A DNA stretch of 32,000 nt from Planctomycetota bacterium. GTDB taxonomy: Bacteria > Planctomycetota > Brocadiia > Brocadiales > Bathyanammoxibiaceae. Shown here one piece after another: positions 1 through 8,941 of this stretch. Position 1 is the first letter of the stretch. The number at the start of each line of letters is the position of its first letter. A program made the translations under genes and the position numbers. The notes under the pieces were generated by a model. The model was not told the DNA's origin, did not search any database, and saw only the letters and a list, made by a program, of their open reading frames with translations. The stretch is taken from positions 79,584 to 111,583 of the forward strand of contig JACQVQ010000012.1 in assembly GCA_016209685.1 (NCBI GenBank). The letters are read 5' to 3'.

Positions 1-69
1 CCTCTTCCCAAACTCCTCTTCATGGGTCCATATATGTTCCAGGACTTCTTCTATCTTCGGTTCTGTCAT
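1..69 (-). CDS. Partial CDS (5' end only) starting MTEPKIEEVLEHIWTHEEEFGKR; possibly a DtxR/IdeR-like metal-dependent regulator
   Basis: Hand translation of the reverse complement of 1-69 is open and starts with ATG 33 nt downstream of the feoB stop. The regulator identity is a guess from the short N-terminus and the feoB neighbourhood. Confidence 0.35.
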   Translation of the reverse strand, partial: MTEPKIEEVLEHIWTHEEEFGKR

Positions 70-102
70 GTTTCAGTAGGGTGGGCATTGCCCACCCTAC
101 AT

Positions 103-2400
103 CTAAAAGGTCTTCATAATAAGGTTCAATACGCCTCCTACCAGGAAGGCGTAAGGAACGATAAAACCTATAATGAGGGCCGCCGTGGCAATCCCTCTCT
201 CCTTGATTATAACCAAAAAGTTGGCCAGACAAGGGACAAAAAGGGTGATGACCACCAGGGCCACCAGGAGTTGGGCAGGCTCGGCCCCCACACTCCCATG
301 GACCCTCTCCAGGGCCTTGAAGAGGCTTACTGCCCCATAGTCCCTCCTGAGGAAGCCCAGGATGAACCCCTCCGCAGTCTCCGGAGGGAGCCCCAACCAG
401 TTACTTACCACCGGCCTTCCGGCCAGTTCAATGTATTTTAGTGCCCCTGTCTTGCTGAGGATAAAGAGGGCAAACGTCCCTATGAGGAAGAGGGGGACTG
501 CCTCACGCAGGAACCACTTGACCCGATAAGCCGTCTTTAACAGGATATTATACAGCTTGGGACAACGGAAAGGGGGCACCTCCATGATAAAGTCAGAGCG
601 TCCCCCGGGCAGTATCTTTGAGGCCACAAAACCTACCAGGATGAGTTGGGAGGCGATAATAAATACGTAGAGGGCAAAATAAAACCCGGAAATACTCCCC
701 ATGACAAAGGCAATGACCCCTAGCTGGGCCGAGCACGGTATGGCAAGGGCCATAAGGAGGGTGGCAATTATCCTCTCTTTCCTGGTGTCCAGTATCCTCG
801 TAGTAAGCGTGGCCATGGTGCCGCAACCCAGGCCGAGGACCATGGGCAGGACGGCCTTCCCCGTCAGGCCAATCCTCTTGAACAGCTTGTCCAGCATCAC
901 TGCCAGGCGGGGGAGGTACCCGCTATCTTCCATGAGGCCAAAGGCCAGGAAGAAGAAGCCCACTATGGGGAACACAATGGCTATAGCATACGTCAGGCCT
1001 ACCTGTATAAGTCCTGCCTGACCATCCAGGAACAGTTGGTAGCCCAGGTTCTGCGGGCTGACCAGCATCTGTCCCAGTAAGCCCAGGTAGTAGTTTATCC
1101 CATTGAAGGGGACATGGAAAAGGGTAACGTCTTTTCCAGCAAAGGGTACGGGGAACCAGAGGTCAAAACCCCCGGAGGGCGTACCGGCATATCCGAAGAC
1201 CTTCTTTTCCATAAAGTCCACGCAGACCCCCGCACCGAAGACCCCTACCAACTTGTAGATTGCCCATAGGGCAGTGATGAGTATGGGGTAGGCGGCAACA
1301 GGGTGCATGGTAAGGTCTCCCAGTACCTCGGATATGGTCCGCTTAGTCCTGAGGTCTTTACGGTACAAATGGAGACAAAAGAGGATACAGGACGCCATCC
1401 CACTGACTAACTTGAGAATCAGCCCCAGGGGGGGAGCGGAGGAGAGGTACCCTTGAAAGAAAAAGAGGAGCATGTCCATGATTTTGTAGCCCAGGGCGAA
1501 GGCAAAGACTGGCACAAAAAAGAAGAAGAAAGAGGCCCGCAGGAAGGGGTGGGATTCCATCCGCTTTGGGGCCGTGTATACGGTCTCTTGAAATAGCCTC
1601 TCCACATAGGCTGCCCTGATGCGGTTTATTGCATAGCTAAGCGGGTCACTGAATTTCCTCTGAATAGAGTTACGGATTTTAGAGACCTCCCCCTGTACGG
1701 TCTTTGAGTAGCCCAATTTTTCTGCCACGGTGAGGTCCCCGGACAAGAGCATGAGGGCCATGGCCCTCCTGGGGTACCCATTGGGGATAAGGGGCTCTAT
1801 CCTGGAGATGCCCTCCTCAATCTCCCGTCCGAAATCCACCTTGAGCGAAGGGACGTCCGCCTGGGGTAGTGCATTTAAAAGATGCCCTATACCTTGCTTT
1901 TCAGTGGCCACAGTCCTGACCACAGGGATACCCAACAGGGACTGTAGTTTACCTGTGTCTATGCTAATACCCCGTTCCAGGCACTCATCCCACATGTTGA
2001 GGTCAAGGACCACGGGTAGGCCCATCTCAGCCAATTGGGAGGTGAGGAACAGTGCCCTGCGGAGGTTCTTGGCGTCGGCCACCTGAACGACCCTCCTATG
2101 CCCCTTGTCGGGGGTGGCCCCGCCACCCCGGAGGAGGATGTCCCTGGCCACCCTCTCGTCCTCGGATTGGGGGATGAGGTTATTGACCCCTGGGGTGTCT
2201 ATCACCTCTACCCTCCCATCTATACCCTTACAGGTACCCCTGGATACCTCCACTGTAGTCCCCGGATAATTGGAGACGATTACGTAGCTCCCGGTAAGGA
2301 GGTTAAATATGGCACTCTTCCCTACGTTTGGGTTCCCCACCAGGGCGATGGAGGGGGTATGTGGCCCCGCTTTTTGTGGTCTTGATTTCTTTTTAAGCAT
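103..2400 (-). CDS. feoB: Ferrous iron transport protein B (FeoB)
   Basis: 765 aa with G1 GNPNVGKS, G3 DTPG and G4-like NMWD motifs in an N-terminal GTPase domain, followed by a long polytopic membrane region typical of FeoB. Confidence 0.93.
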   Translation of the reverse strand: MLKKKSRPQKAGPHTPSIALVGNPNVGKSAIFNLLTGSYVIVSNYPGTTVEVSRGTCKGIDGRVEVIDTPGVNNLIPQSEDERVARDILLRGGGATPDKGHRRVVQVADAKNLRRALFLTSQLAEMGLPVVLDLNMWDECLERGISIDTGKLQSLLGIPVVRTVATEKQGIGHLLNALPQADVPSLKVDFGREIEEGISRIEPLIPNGYPRRAMALMLLSGDLTVAEKLGYSKTVQGEVSKIRNSIQRKFSDPLSYAINRIRAAYVERLFQETVYTAPKRMESHPFLRASFFFFFVPVFAFALGYKIMDMLLFFFQGYLSSAPPLGLILKLVSGMASCILFCLHLYRKDLRTKRTISEVLGDLTMHPVAAYPILITALWAIYKLVGVFGAGVCVDFMEKKVFGYAGTPSGGFDLWFPVPFAGKDVTLFHVPFNGINYYLGLLGQMLVSPQNLGYQLFLDGQAGLIQVGLTYAIAIVFPIVGFFFLAFGLMEDSGYLPRLAVMLDKLFKRIGLTGKAVLPMVLGLGCGTMATLTTRILDTRKERIIATLLMALAIPCSAQLGVIAFVMGSISGFYFALYVFIIASQLILVGFVASKILPGGRSDFIMEVPPFRCPKLYNILLKTAYRVKWFLREAVPLFLIGTFALFILSKTGALKYIELAGRPVVSNWLGLPPETAEGFILGFLRRDYGAVSLFKALERVHGSVGAEPAQLLVALVVITLFVPCLANFLVIIKERGIATAALIIGFIVPYAFLVGGVLNLIMKTF

Positions 2401-2494
2401 TTCTAAAAATATATTTGAAAATGAGTCTCAATTACACGCACTTAGTATATTCCCTTCCCCTTAGTAAGTCAACGCCCTTTTATGGTGGGAGGTG

Positions 2495-2989
2495 TTAAGG
2501 AGTAGGGGTGACCTGGTGGGTCGCCTCTGCTGTGGCCTGGCCGAGGCTGATTTGCTGTATGGCCGAGAAAGGGTAAAGGGTCCCTCTGTCTATCCCATTG
2601 CAGTATTTCTTAAGACTGGCCCATGCCTCATAATTCTTTAGATTGCCGGGCCAGAAGGGAAAGGTGCTGCACTGCTTTGGCCTCACCGGGTATATCTGGC
2701 ATCCACCAGGTCCGCCCCCTACCAATACAGTACTGGACCCACTGCCTGTCTTATACATCACACAGTCCCCACCGGAGAGTTCCTTCAGGCTGAACCTGTT
2801 GCCTCTTCTCCTGAGGTATCTCCTGGCAAATTCTTCCACCTGGAGTCCGAGGTAGAGGGCAATATTTTTTACCTCCTCGTGTGTGGTCCATACATAACCA
2901 GCATCCCCCCTACAGCAATTGCCGCACTTCTGGCACTGGAAACGGAGGCCGTTTTTATACCATAGTCCCTTTTTTTCGCGGTTCTCCAT
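2495..2989 (-). CDS. YkgJ-type cysteine-cluster (zinc/iron-chelating) protein
   Basis: CQKCGNCCRGDAGYVW ... CQIYPVRPKQCSTFPFWPGNL matches the YkgJ/CxxCxxCC pattern. The start is probably MENREKKG at 2989, because upstream residues in the 2495..3073 ORF are translated from a palindromic repeat. Confidence 0.8.
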   Translation of the reverse strand: MENREKKGLWYKNGLRFQCQKCGNCCRGDAGYVWTTHEEVKNIALYLGLQVEEFARRYLRRRGNRFSLKELSGGDCVMYKTGSGSSTVLVGGGPGGCQIYPVRPKQCSTFPFWPGNLKNYEAWASLKKYCNGIDRGTLYPFSAIQQISLGQATAEATHQVTPTP

Positions 2990-2995
2990 GACTCC

Positions 2996-3093
2996 GTAGC
3001 GTGCAACCTTGTGTCGCACAATGGAAACCTGACCAACGTGCCAGACGAGTCCGCCAGAGGCGGATCTGCCCAAGGTATGACTGGCACGCTACA
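2996..3093. repeat. Palindromic intergenic element GTAGCGTGC...GCACGCTACA with nested TCCGCCAGAGGCGGA
   Basis: Direct reading: termini at 2996-3004 and 3084-3093, inner palindrome at 3050-3064. Confidence 0.75.
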
Positions 3094-3160
3094 TGGTTAA
3101 AAAAGAAAGAGAGGAATACATCAACCCCTTCCTCTCTTTTAATCAAAAATATTAAAAAAA

Positions 3161-3706
3161 CTATTCGTAGTGGTCAGGTACCCAGACCTTTTCCTCATAC
3201 TCCTCCCAGTAACCGCCTGGAACGGACCTGTCTTCATAATGGCCATCTATGCGTTTGTCGCCCTCCGTGTGCTCGGGGACATAGACTCTTTCTATCTTGG
3301 TGGTATCCACCCACCTCTTATTCTTATTGTACTCCCAGTGGCCTGCCACGAATTTCTTTCCTGCGGCGCCACCAGGAGTCCCAGGGGTGGCGGACTCAGG
3401 AGACGTGGCCTTCTTGGTGGCCTCCAGTTCCTCCACCTTCCGTTTTAACTCCTCTACCTCTTTCTTGTCGTCCTTCCTCTGCATCTCGTCGCCAACGGTC
3501 TTACCGATGAGGGCGCCGCCACCAGCGCCTATGGCCGCACCAAGACCGGGGGCGCCAAAGGCTGAGCCTATAGCGGCACCCATGGCGGCACCACCCAGGG
3601 CACCAGCGCCTGCACCTGTAGCCCCTTTGTGCTCCGACATGCTTGCACAGCCAGCACCCACAAAGGCCAACGCCAGGAGTAAAATAATTAAAGAGTTTTT
3701 TCTCAT
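3161..3706 (-). CDS. Glycine-zipper lipoprotein with aromatic/charged C-terminal WVPDHYE-type repeats
   Basis: Signal peptide with lipobox FVGAGC, a glycine zipper (GAGALGGAAMGAAIGSAFGAPGLGAAIGAGGGALIG), a coiled-coil, and a C-terminal GHWEYNK...GHYEDRSVPGGYWEEYEEKVWVPDHYE. Confidence 0.75.
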   Translation of the reverse strand: MRKNSLIILLLALAFVGAGCASMSEHKGATGAGAGALGGAAMGAAIGSAFGAPGLGAAIGAGGGALIGKTVGDEMQRKDDKKEVEELKRKVEELEATKKATSPESATPGTPGGAAGKKFVAGHWEYNKNKRWVDTTKIERVYVPEHTEGDKRIDGHYEDRSVPGGYWEEYEEKVWVPDHYE

Positions 3707-3747
3707 CTTACATCTACTACTGTCAAACAGACGAACAGACTAAAATT

Positions 3748-3804
3748 TGTAGCGTGCCAGCTTGTCTGGCACGTTAAACGTGCGAGATAAACTCGCACGC
3801 TACA
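3748..3804. repeat. Palindromic element TGTAGCGTGCCAG...CTCGCACGCTACA containing two internal hairpins
   Basis: CGTGCCAG-cttgt-CTGGCACG and CGTGCGAG-ataaa-CTCGCACG, both inside terminal TGTAGCGTGC/GCACGCTACA. Confidence 0.85.
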
Positions 3805-3923
3805 TTTAAGCCACCCTCCCCCTCCCCTCAAGGGAGGGGGAGAATCAGGGGTATTTACAGACTTTTTCAGAGACTTCCAACCCTAATTTGCCTCACAAAA
3901 AAAGAAGGACTTCCATTACTTTG

Positions 3924-4199
3924 CTATTCCGGGAGCCACATCTCTTTGTACTTGCCACTGCCCGCCGGTTCTTCAATGAGGCCCTTCTTGTACCACTTGC
4001 CGTCTATGAGCTTCTTGTCTGCAGAGGCCTCTGGGGTAGTTGCCTTCTTGGCGGCCTCCTGTTCCTGTGCCTCCTTTTTCTTCTCCTCCTCCTTCTTCTT
4101 ATGCCGCTCTTCTACGGCATGACCTACAAGGGGGGCTGCACAACCAGCCCCTGCAAGGGCTACTGCCAGGAGGAAGATAATCAGAAGATTTTCTCTCAC
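3924..4199 (-). CDS. Small lipoprotein, paralog of the neighbouring genes but lacking the glycine zipper
   Basis: Lipobox ALAGAGC, a KKKEEEKKKEAQEQEAAKK stretch, and the C-terminus KLIDGKWYKKGLIEEPAGSGKYKEMWLPE, nearly the same as the C-terminus of 4299..4727. Confidence 0.7.
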   Translation of the reverse strand: MRENLLIIFLLAVALAGAGCAAPLVGHAVEERHKKKEEEKKKEAQEQEAAKKATTPEASADKKLIDGKWYKKGLIEEPAGSGKYKEMWLPE

Positions 4200-4226
4200 C
4201 CCTTACGTTCCTACCTCAGACATGCC

Positions 4227-4296
4227 TGTAGGGGCGTATTGTTCGCTCCGCCTCAGGCGGACGAATCTGCCTAAGGCACGACAATACGCCCCTACA
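4227..4296. repeat. Palindromic intergenic element TGTAGGGGCGTATTGT...ACAATACGCCCCTACA with nested TCCGCCTCAGGCGGA
   Basis: Direct reading: terminal inverted repeats 4227-4242 and 4281-4296, with the inner palindrome at 4247-4261. Confidence 0.85.
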
Positions 4297-4298
4297 AC

Positions 4299-4727
4299 CT
4301 ATTCCGGGAGCCAGACCTCTTTGTACTTACCACTGCCCGCTGGTTCTTCAATCATGCTCCTCTTGTACCAGCGACCGTCTATAAACTTCCTGTCTGCAGT
4401 GGCTTCTGGAGCGGCAGTCTTCTTGGTGGCCTCCAGTTCCTGCACCTTCTGTTTTAGCTCCTCCACCTCTTTCTTCTCCTCTTTCTTCTGCATCTCGTCG
4501 CCAACGACCTTACCGATGAGGGCGCCACCACCAGCACCTATGGCCGCACCAAGACCGGGGGCGCCAAAGGCTGAGCCTATACCTGCACCAGCCGCAGCAC
4601 CACCCAAGGCACCAATACCTGCACCTGCAGCCCCCTTGTGCTCCGACGCAGCCGCACAGCCAAACGTCACAAGGCCTAAGGCCAGGAGACACACAAGTAA
4701 TAGGGACGATGTCAACCTGTTTGCCAT
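4299..4727 (-). CDS. Glycine-zipper lipoprotein, paralog of 3161..3706 and 3924..4199
   Basis: Lipobox-like LVTFGC, a glycine zipper nearly identical to 3161..3706, and a C-terminus nearly identical to 3924..4199. Confidence 0.75.
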   Translation of the reverse strand: MANRLTSSLLLVCLLALGLVTFGCAAASEHKGAAGAGIGALGGAAAGAGIGSAFGAPGLGAAIGAGGGALIGKVVGDEMQKKEEKKEVEELKQKVQELEATKKTAAPEATADRKFIDGRWYKRSMIEEPAGSGKYKEVWLPE

Positions 4728-4857
4728 TTTATTAATACCTCCTTCCAGGGTATATTTCCCGCCCGAGGCGGATTTTCAACTTCCAGGGTATATCTTTTTT
4801 TGTCCCCGAAAAGCTATTCTAATAAACAATGCCCAAAAGTCAAGGAGATAGTTATAT

Positions 4858-4904
4858 CAAATCCCCCTTAGTCCCCCTTTTCTAAAGGGGGATTCAGGGG
4901 GATT
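4858..4904. repeat. Intergenic hairpin repeat AAATCCCCCTTAGTCCCCCTTTTCTAAAGGGGGATTCAGGGGGATT
   Basis: Nested inverted repeats are visible directly. Confidence 0.8.
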
Positions 4905-4996
4905 ACTGTCCCAGAGGCAAGGCATAGAGGGTAGGCCAGGGTCACACCCTAACCTCGCTGTTTGTGTCAAGGCGTGGCCTTGACTTACCCACCGCT

Positions 4997-5506
4997 TTAC
5001 TGTCCTAGAGGCAAGGCGTAGATAATGGATCCCATGACCTCTTCATCTTTTACATATACGTGGCACATCTTACATTCCTTAAGTACTACCGGGACCGGGG
5101 TTGCGGCCCTGTAGACCTTCTTGCCCTCTACTGTTTCTGTCTTTTCAAAGAAGACCTGACCCTCTCTCAAGACCTTCACGGCCTCTTTCTCAAATTCGTC
5201 TTTTGGCATGTTTTCTTTATTAAGGGCCTTATCAGTAGCCGAGATAAGTCTTGCTGAGTGCCACCCCTTCTTTTCCATCTCTTTAAAGACCTGTTTGGTA
5301 GTGGTAGCGGCTGGTGTCTTGCCCTGGTTGTCCACATGGTTAATGGTGTCAAAGACTATGTAATACTTGTAGACGTCGTCTAAGAGCTTTACTATGGTTC
5401 TTGCCTCTTCTGGACTGAGGTTGTTCCACTGTTCAAAGGAGTATACGCCCTTTACCAGGCAGAAAGAGAGTGCTGTGATTAGGAAGACCTTCGATAGATT
5501 TTTCAT
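4997..5506 (-). CDS. Exported heme-binding protein (Tll0287-like/DUF3365-type) with a single CKMCH motif
   Basis: Signal peptide MKNLSKVFLITALSFCLVKGVYSF. C-terminal PVPVVLKECKMCHVYVKDEEVMGSIIYALPLGQ contains CxxCH. Confidence 0.65.
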   Translation of the reverse strand: MKNLSKVFLITALSFCLVKGVYSFEQWNNLSPEEARTIVKLLDDVYKYYIVFDTINHVDNQGKTPAATTTKQVFKEMEKKGWHSARLISATDKALNKENMPKDEFEKEAVKVLREGQVFFEKTETVEGKKVYRAATPVPVVLKECKMCHVYVKDEEVMGSIIYALPLGQ

Positions 5507-5958
5507 GTTTATAACCCTCGGATTTTAGATTGTATGAAGACCTTAAATTTAATAATATCGTTAGAGACCAGTTAAAACAAACTCCATGCCTAACTTTGAC
5601 AGACGACAGTAATCCCACTTTAACGCATTAGTTAAGGTATTAGTTGACAATGAGTTGCTTAGGTGGGGCATCCATTTTTTTATTCAAAACATAAGTTGCG
5701 TGAAAACTTTAGAGCACATGTTGTGTAAACATAAGTACACACTTCGTTGCCTAGTATAGAAAACATCCCGATGAGTACACTGAAGGAGGAAATGTCCTGG
5801 CAAATCTAAGATAATGGTATATAGAATGTTAGTTGATATGGTCTATAATAATTAGGCGGAATAGAGAAAGGATTATTGATGGTATGCCAATTGCTCATTC
5901 GGAACAGATTGTTGTGTTCTTTACCCGGTCTCTATAAATAATAGAAGAAGGGATATTT

Positions 5959-7272
5959 ATGGGCAAGATAACGCCTGAGATGACCTTCCAAGAGGTCGTC
6001 AAGAAATATCCAATAACTAGGGATTTTTTCGCCCGTTACGGGGTGCTGAAATACGCAGAAAGGCACCTCTGGCAGAAACCACTCTCCTCTTGTGGAGAGG
6101 TCTTCTCTATTAACTCAGGCACCCTGGTAGAGGAACTAAATAAGTTCCTGAAGGCCAACGAGGATAATAAACCCAGAGAGAATCCGATAAAGGCCTTTCA
6201 GGCAGTGTGGTTCGCCATGGTCATGTCCACAGGGATAGTATCAATAGCCAGCCTACGGGTCGCTGGTCTTTATCATGGAAAGGTCTTTTCCGACATACTT
6301 CTGGGTTTTGCCTATGCACTCTTCTGGATAAACGTGGCTGCCTATCCGGTAATGGTAATTATGAAGCTGAGCCGTTGTGCCGCCTTCTGGAAAGAGGTAG
6401 TGGCCGACCTTTCTAACCCAAAGACCTGCCTCACGTTTTTTACTATCGTGGCAGGGACAAACGTCCTGGGGGCACAGATTGCCATATTTGGCTACTACGA
6501 GGTAGCCAAGATTTTCTGGTACTGGGGACTCTTCCTCTGGGTTCTCATTACCATAAGCACCTTTAGCTTTCTTTTTATTAAAGGAATATCCCCCTTAGAG
6601 GAGAGTATCAACGGGGGCTGGCTCTTGGCCACGGTAGGGACCCAATCTGTGGCGGTCTTAGGGAGCATAATTGCCCCCTACTATATTAAACACGGCTACT
6701 TCATCTTCTTCCTATCTTACGTCTGGTGGCTCATAGGGTGCTTTCTCTACATTATCATTATGACCCTTGTCATGCACCGCTTGATATTCTTTAAATTAAA
6801 TCCCAAAGAGCTTGTGCCTCCCTACTGGATAAATATGGGGGCGGTGGCTATCACTACACTGGCAGGGGCCCTCCTGGTCCTTAACGGTATGAAGCTCCAG
6901 AGGGGTTTTGGGGAACTAATGTCCTTTACCAGGGGCTTTACCTTCTTCTTCTGGGCCTTTGGTACCTGGTGGATACCCCTGCTGGTAGTGCTGGGATTCT
7001 GGAAATACATCTTCCGAAGGACAAAACCTGTCTTTAACCCCGCCTACTGGGGCATGGTCTTCCCTTTAGGTATGTACACCGCCTGCACCTACCAACTTGC
7101 CTACGCCATGGATTTGTACTTTCTGCTGCATATACCCAAATACTTCTGGTTTTTTGCCATAACTGCCTGGGTTCTAACCTTTATATGGACGTGGGCCTTT
7201 ATTGCGAAACCAAGGAAGAAGCTGTTGTACCCCGCACGAAATGCCTTCCTATCGCTAAAGAGGGGAAGCTAA
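5959..7272 (+). CDS. TDT/SLAC1-TehA family membrane transporter with an N-terminal ScdA_N/DUF1858-like domain
   Basis: N-terminal MTFQEVVKKYPITRDFFARYGVLKYAERHLW, then about 10 hydrophobic segments (FQAVWFAMVMSTGIVSIASLRVAG..., LFFWAFGTWWIPLLVVL...) of TDT/SLAC1 type. Confidence 0.7.
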   Translation: MGKITPEMTFQEVVKKYPITRDFFARYGVLKYAERHLWQKPLSSCGEVFSINSGTLVEELNKFLKANEDNKPRENPIKAFQAVWFAMVMSTGIVSIASLRVAGLYHGKVFSDILLGFAYALFWINVAAYPVMVIMKLSRCAAFWKEVVADLSNPKTCLTFFTIVAGTNVLGAQIAIFGYYEVAKIFWYWGLFLWVLITISTFSFLFIKGISPLEESINGGWLLATVGTQSVAVLGSIIAPYYIKHGYFIFFLSYVWWLIGCFLYIIIMTLVMHRLIFFKLNPKELVPPYWINMGAVAITTLAGALLVLNGMKLQRGFGELMSFTRGFTFFFWAFGTWWIPLLVVLGFWKYIFRRTKPVFNPAYWGMVFPLGMYTACTYQLAYAMDLYFLLHIPKYFWFFAITAWVLTFIWTWAFIAKPRKKLLYPARNAFLSLKRGS

Positions 7273-7294
7273 CCAGTTTTCCTGGAGGAGGACT

Positions 7295-8500
7295 ATGACA
7301 AAACGAGTACAAACTACAACGGCAGTAGGAGTACAGACACCGCAAGGAAATACACAGGTACTCCTCCTGTCCACCCTATCATTTGCCGTCTGTTTTGCCG
7401 TATGGTGCCTCTATTCACCCCTCGGTCCCCATCTGCGAGAGGAGTTACATCTTAGTGAGACACAGTTAGGTCTACTGGTGTCCATACCCGCCCTGCTGGG
7501 GTCGGCCTTTCGCATACCGATGGGGATCCTCACTGACATGTACGGGGGGAGAAAGGTATTTACCGCCTTGATGGTGTTCTGCTTCGTCCCCACGGTGCTG
7601 GGTATGTACGCCAGCAGTTACGCCTACCTCATCATTTGCGGCTTCTTCTTTGGCATGGCAGGGACGAGCTTCGCCGTGGGCATACCCCATGTCTCTAAGT
7701 GGTATCCCCCTGAAAGACAGGGCCTTGCCCTGGGTATATACGGGGTAGGCAATCTAGGGGCCGCCTTGAGCACCCTCTTTGCCGAAAGGATTATACATTA
7801 CTACCTGAACGACCAGTGGCGTAACATCTTCCCTATATACGCCCTTCCCCTGCTCCTGATGGCCTTCCTGTACTGGAACTATACCAGTGATTCCCCCACA
7901 GCCGCCAAGCCTAAGAGTTTTAATGAACTCCTCCAGGTATTCAAGAAGACCCCCCTGGCCTGGGTTTTTTGCCTCTTTTACTGGGTAACCTTTGGTGGGT
8001 TTGTCTGCTTCGCACTCTATCTGCCTACCTATTTCGTAAAGGTTTATGGTATCCCTCATATCAAGGCAGGTGACCTTGCCACTGCCTTTATCTTCACCAC
8101 CTCCCTAATCAGGCCACTTGGCGGGTATATGGCTGACAGATTTCAAGGGAGAAAGATATTGCAGGGGGTATTTACCATTGCGGCACTATGCCTGATTATA
8201 GAGGGGTTAGCCCCCTCCCTGACGCTTGCGACCTGTGCATTCATACTGTTTGGGGCGTGTCTTGGCATAGGGAACGGCGTAATATTCAAGCTCGTGCCCA
8301 CCTATTTTGCCAGGGAGACCGGGGCCGTAGGAGGTCTTGTGGGGGCGGCAGGAGGTCTCGGTGGATTCTTTACCCCTATAATCCTGGGCGTCTCTAAGGA
8401 CTTTACTGGTAGCTACTTTGGTGGTTTTGCGGTAGCGGCCTCCTTCTGCCTTATATGCCTCTTCCTGGCCAGAAAGGAGTTCCAGAGGGTAGAATCATAG
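7295..8500 (+). CDS. MFS transporter, NarK-like nitrate/nitrite porter
   Basis: PLGPHLREELHLSETQLGLLVSIPALLGSAFRIPMGILTDMYGGR, GIYGVGNLGAALS and GLVGAAGGLGGFF are NNP-family signatures. Confidence 0.82.
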   Translation: MTKRVQTTTAVGVQTPQGNTQVLLLSTLSFAVCFAVWCLYSPLGPHLREELHLSETQLGLLVSIPALLGSAFRIPMGILTDMYGGRKVFTALMVFCFVPTVLGMYASSYAYLIICGFFFGMAGTSFAVGIPHVSKWYPPERQGLALGIYGVGNLGAALSTLFAERIIHYYLNDQWRNIFPIYALPLLLMAFLYWNYTSDSPTAAKPKSFNELLQVFKKTPLAWVFCLFYWVTFGGFVCFALYLPTYFVKVYGIPHIKAGDLATAFIFTTSLIRPLGGYMADRFQGRKILQGVFTIAALCLIIEGLAPSLTLATCAFILFGACLGIGNGVIFKLVPTYFARETGAVGGLVGAAGGLGGFFTPIILGVSKDFTGSYFGGFAVAASFCLICLFLARKEFQRVES

Positions 8501-8587
8501 GCAGTAGGCAGTAGACAGAATACAGTAGACAGTATAAAATCATTCTGTATCCTGACTACTGACTACTGTTTACTGACTACTGTCTAC
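8500..8587. repeat. Inverted array of heptad-like CAGTAGACAGTA / TACTGTCTACTG repeats
   Basis: gcagtaggcagtagacagaatacagtagacagtat followed by tactgactactgtttactgactactgtctac. It begins at the stop codon of the NarK-like gene. Confidence 0.8.
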
Positions 8588-8591
8588 ATTT

Positions 8592-8861
8592 ATGGAAGGG
8601 GAAAAACCCACCTCAAGTCGGCACTTCAAACTGGGCATAGCCCTTATTATAGGTAGTACATTATGTGGTTATGCGGCCCTGGCTGTCGTAGGAGAGTCGG
8701 CAGTAACCCATAATCCCAGGCTGAGGACCATAAGCCTCGTAATCTGGTTCCTCACCTGGATACCCTTCCTCCTGGGATTTGCCCTGAGCGGTAAAGAGGG
8801 CTACAGATACGCCAAAAGGCTCATCAGCGAGAGACTATTTGGGAAAAACAGTAGGCAGTAA
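8592..8861 (+). CDS. Small hypothetical membrane protein (89 aa, two predicted TM segments)
   Basis: HFKLGIALIIGSTLCGYAALAVV and TISLVIWFLTWIPFLLGFAL hydrophobic segments. Co-directional with the upstream transporter genes. Confidence 0.6.
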   Translation: MEGEKPTSSRHFKLGIALIIGSTLCGYAALAVVGESAVTHNPRLRTISLVIWFLTWIPFLLGFALSGKEGYRYAKRLISERLFGKNSRQ

Positions 8862-8941
8862 GGTAGGGGCGGGGTTACCCCGCCCCTACTACCTTTCGCA
8901 CTTGTCCCGACCCCAAAATATTGTTAGAATCTTTCTTTGCC

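Noticed and set aside
22-2385. Several ORFs antisense to feoB (22..441, 593..826, 701..1021, 1730..2086, 2035..2385)
   Set aside because: They are shadow ORFs inside a well-supported feoB reading frame, with no recognisable domains.
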